Part shown: positions 34,956-36,022 of the stretch, one piece after another | Layout: every line of letters begins with the position of its first letter | How positions within the stretch are numbered: position 1 is the stretch's first letter | Source of the DNA: Chthoniobacterales bacterium | GTDB lineage: Bacteria; Verrucomicrobiota; Verrucomicrobiia; Chthoniobacterales; CAKUMP01 | DNA: 36,022 nucleotides | Direction: 5' to 3' | Assembly: GCA_041748815.1 (NCBI GenBank) | Contig: JBGTCP010000014.1 | Coordinates: 1 to 36,022, forward strand | Notes under the pieces: model-generated | The model's input: the letters and a program-made list of their open reading frames with translations, nothing else | What the model was told of the DNA's origin: nothing | Database searches by the model: none | Program-made: the position numbers and the translations under genes

Positions 34956-35849
34956 TTAAGCACGGGGGTGGAAGCGGTGGTGCACGGCTTTCAGACGCTG
35001 CTGATCTACATGCGTGTAGATCTGCGTGGTTGAGATATCCGCATGCCCGAGCAGTTCCTGAATAATGCGGAGGTCCGCGCCATTTTCCAATAAATGCGTG
35101 GCAAAGGAATGACGCAACATGTGCGGATGCAGCGGTCGATCAATCCCCGCGTTCGCTCCGACCTCTTTGAGTATTTGCTGGACCCGCATCGACGTGAGAG
35201 ACGTCCCGCGGTTGGACAAAAAAATGAAGCTGCCGGACTTCTTCCCTACCAGTTTGGGTCGTGCGGAATCCAAGTACGTTTTGATAGCGTCGCGGGCGCG
35301 AGCGCCGACCGGGACCAACCGCGTTTTATTCCCCTTACCTGTCACGCGGATGAAGCCTTCCTCGAGATCGAGGTTTTCCAGCCGGGACGATGTGAGCTCG
35401 GAGACTCGCAAGCCTGAGGAATAAAGGAGTTCAATCATAGCACGATTGCGCACCGCAAGCGGATCGTGTGACGGCAAATGCTCCAGCAATTGCTCGACTT
35501 GCATCTGATTCAGTGTCTCCGGCAGGTATCTTTCGATCCGAGGCAGCGTAATGACCTCTGCGACATCCCGGGTGACATGTCCCCGCGAAGCAAGAAAACG
35601 CATGAAGATTTTCACCGCGACGACGATGAGCTTGATGGAAGCAGCTGCCAATCCATCCCGCTTGCGCGTTTCAAGATATTCGATAATCAGGTCGTACGTG
35701 ATCGCCTGAGGATCCTCGCATTGATGCCTCCGCTCCAGCCAATCGGCAAAGGTTTCCAGCGAGGTTTTTGTCGAGATTTGATAGTTTTCGGAAAGACCCC
35801 GCTCCGTTGCAAGGTAGAGAAGAAACTCGTCTATTCGCTGGCGGATCAT
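34956..35849 (-). CDS. xerD: Site-specific tyrosine recombinase XerD (XerC not excluded)
   Basis: ERGLSEN, RNRAMIELLYSSGLRVSEL, GKGNKTRLVP, HPHMLRHSFATHLL, LLGHADISTTQIYTHV, HPRA. Confidence 0.9.
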   Translation of the reverse strand: MIRQRIDEFLLYLATERGLSENYQISTKTSLETFADWLERRHQCEDPQAITYDLIIEYLETRKRDGLAAASIKLIVVAVKIFMRFLASRGHVTRDVAEVITLPRIERYLPETLNQMQVEQLLEHLPSHDPLAVRNRAMIELLYSSGLRVSELTSSRLENLDLEEGFIRVTGKGNKTRLVPVGARARDAIKTYLDSARPKLVGKKSGSFIFLSNRGTSLTSMRVQQILKEVGANAGIDRPLHPHMLRHSFATHLLENGADLRIIQELLGHADISTTQIYTHVDQQRLKAVHHRFHPRA

Positions 35850-36022
35850 CCACGACGGATCTGACTGCTTTTGAAACGAATGGTGGTGCGCATCACTTTT
35901 TTAACACGGCAGCGGATTTGCCCTGTCTCGATATCAAAATGATCCGGCACCTCCTGTCGGTGAATGTCCACGGAGACCTGAAACCCGCGCTCTGTCATCA
36001 CATCGATGAGCATCGCGATGGA
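35846..36022 (-). CDS. Hypothetical protein, 3' end only
   Basis: SIAMLIDVMTERGFQVSVDIHRQEVPDHFDIETGQIRCRVKKVMRTTIRFKSSQIRRG*; its TGA overlaps the xerD ATG (ATGA). Confidence 0.65.
   Translation of the reverse strand, partial: SIAMLIDVMTERGFQVSVDIHRQEVPDHFDIETGQIRCRVKKVMRTTIRFKSSQIRRG

Noticed and set aside
28704-35849. Integrative element from tRNA-Arg to the tyrosine recombinase
   Set aside because: The recombinase is a housekeeping XerD/C-type coupled to an upstream gene, and no duplicate of the tRNA 3' end was found.

Overview
Gene-dense, moderately GC-rich bacterial chromosomal window; gene content suggests the PVC superphylum, most likely Verrucomicrobiota (inference). 271-12865 holds an eight-gene, translationally coupled MoxR AAA+/VWA operon: an exported caspase-fold/DUF3857/transglutaminase fusion, MoxR, DUF58, BatA-VWA, a long coiled-coil membrane protein, a VWA/GATase-like membrane protein and two DUF4159 paralogues. 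A minus-strand cluster follows with two tandem thymidylate-kinase-like genes, a small unknown ORF, a 2H phosphoesterase and a GT-C glycosyltransferase. Then come msrA, a GT2 glycosyltransferase, a candidate 6S-like rod RNA, DUF3597, a REP-like 101-bp array, a DEAD-box helicase, a His-rich permease, several PVC-type hypotheticals, tadA, an MFS transporter, DUF2452 and tRNA-Arg(CCG). The right end carries a DUF3482 GTPase/DUF2868 pair, an HExxH domain in frame with ureidoglycine aminohydrolase, an M20 ureide amidohydrolase and xerD/C. Several genes have sigma70-like promoters directly before the start codon, suggesting leaderless mRNAs. No CRISPR array, transposase or prophage gene was seen. All family calls come from motif recognition by eye, not from database searches.
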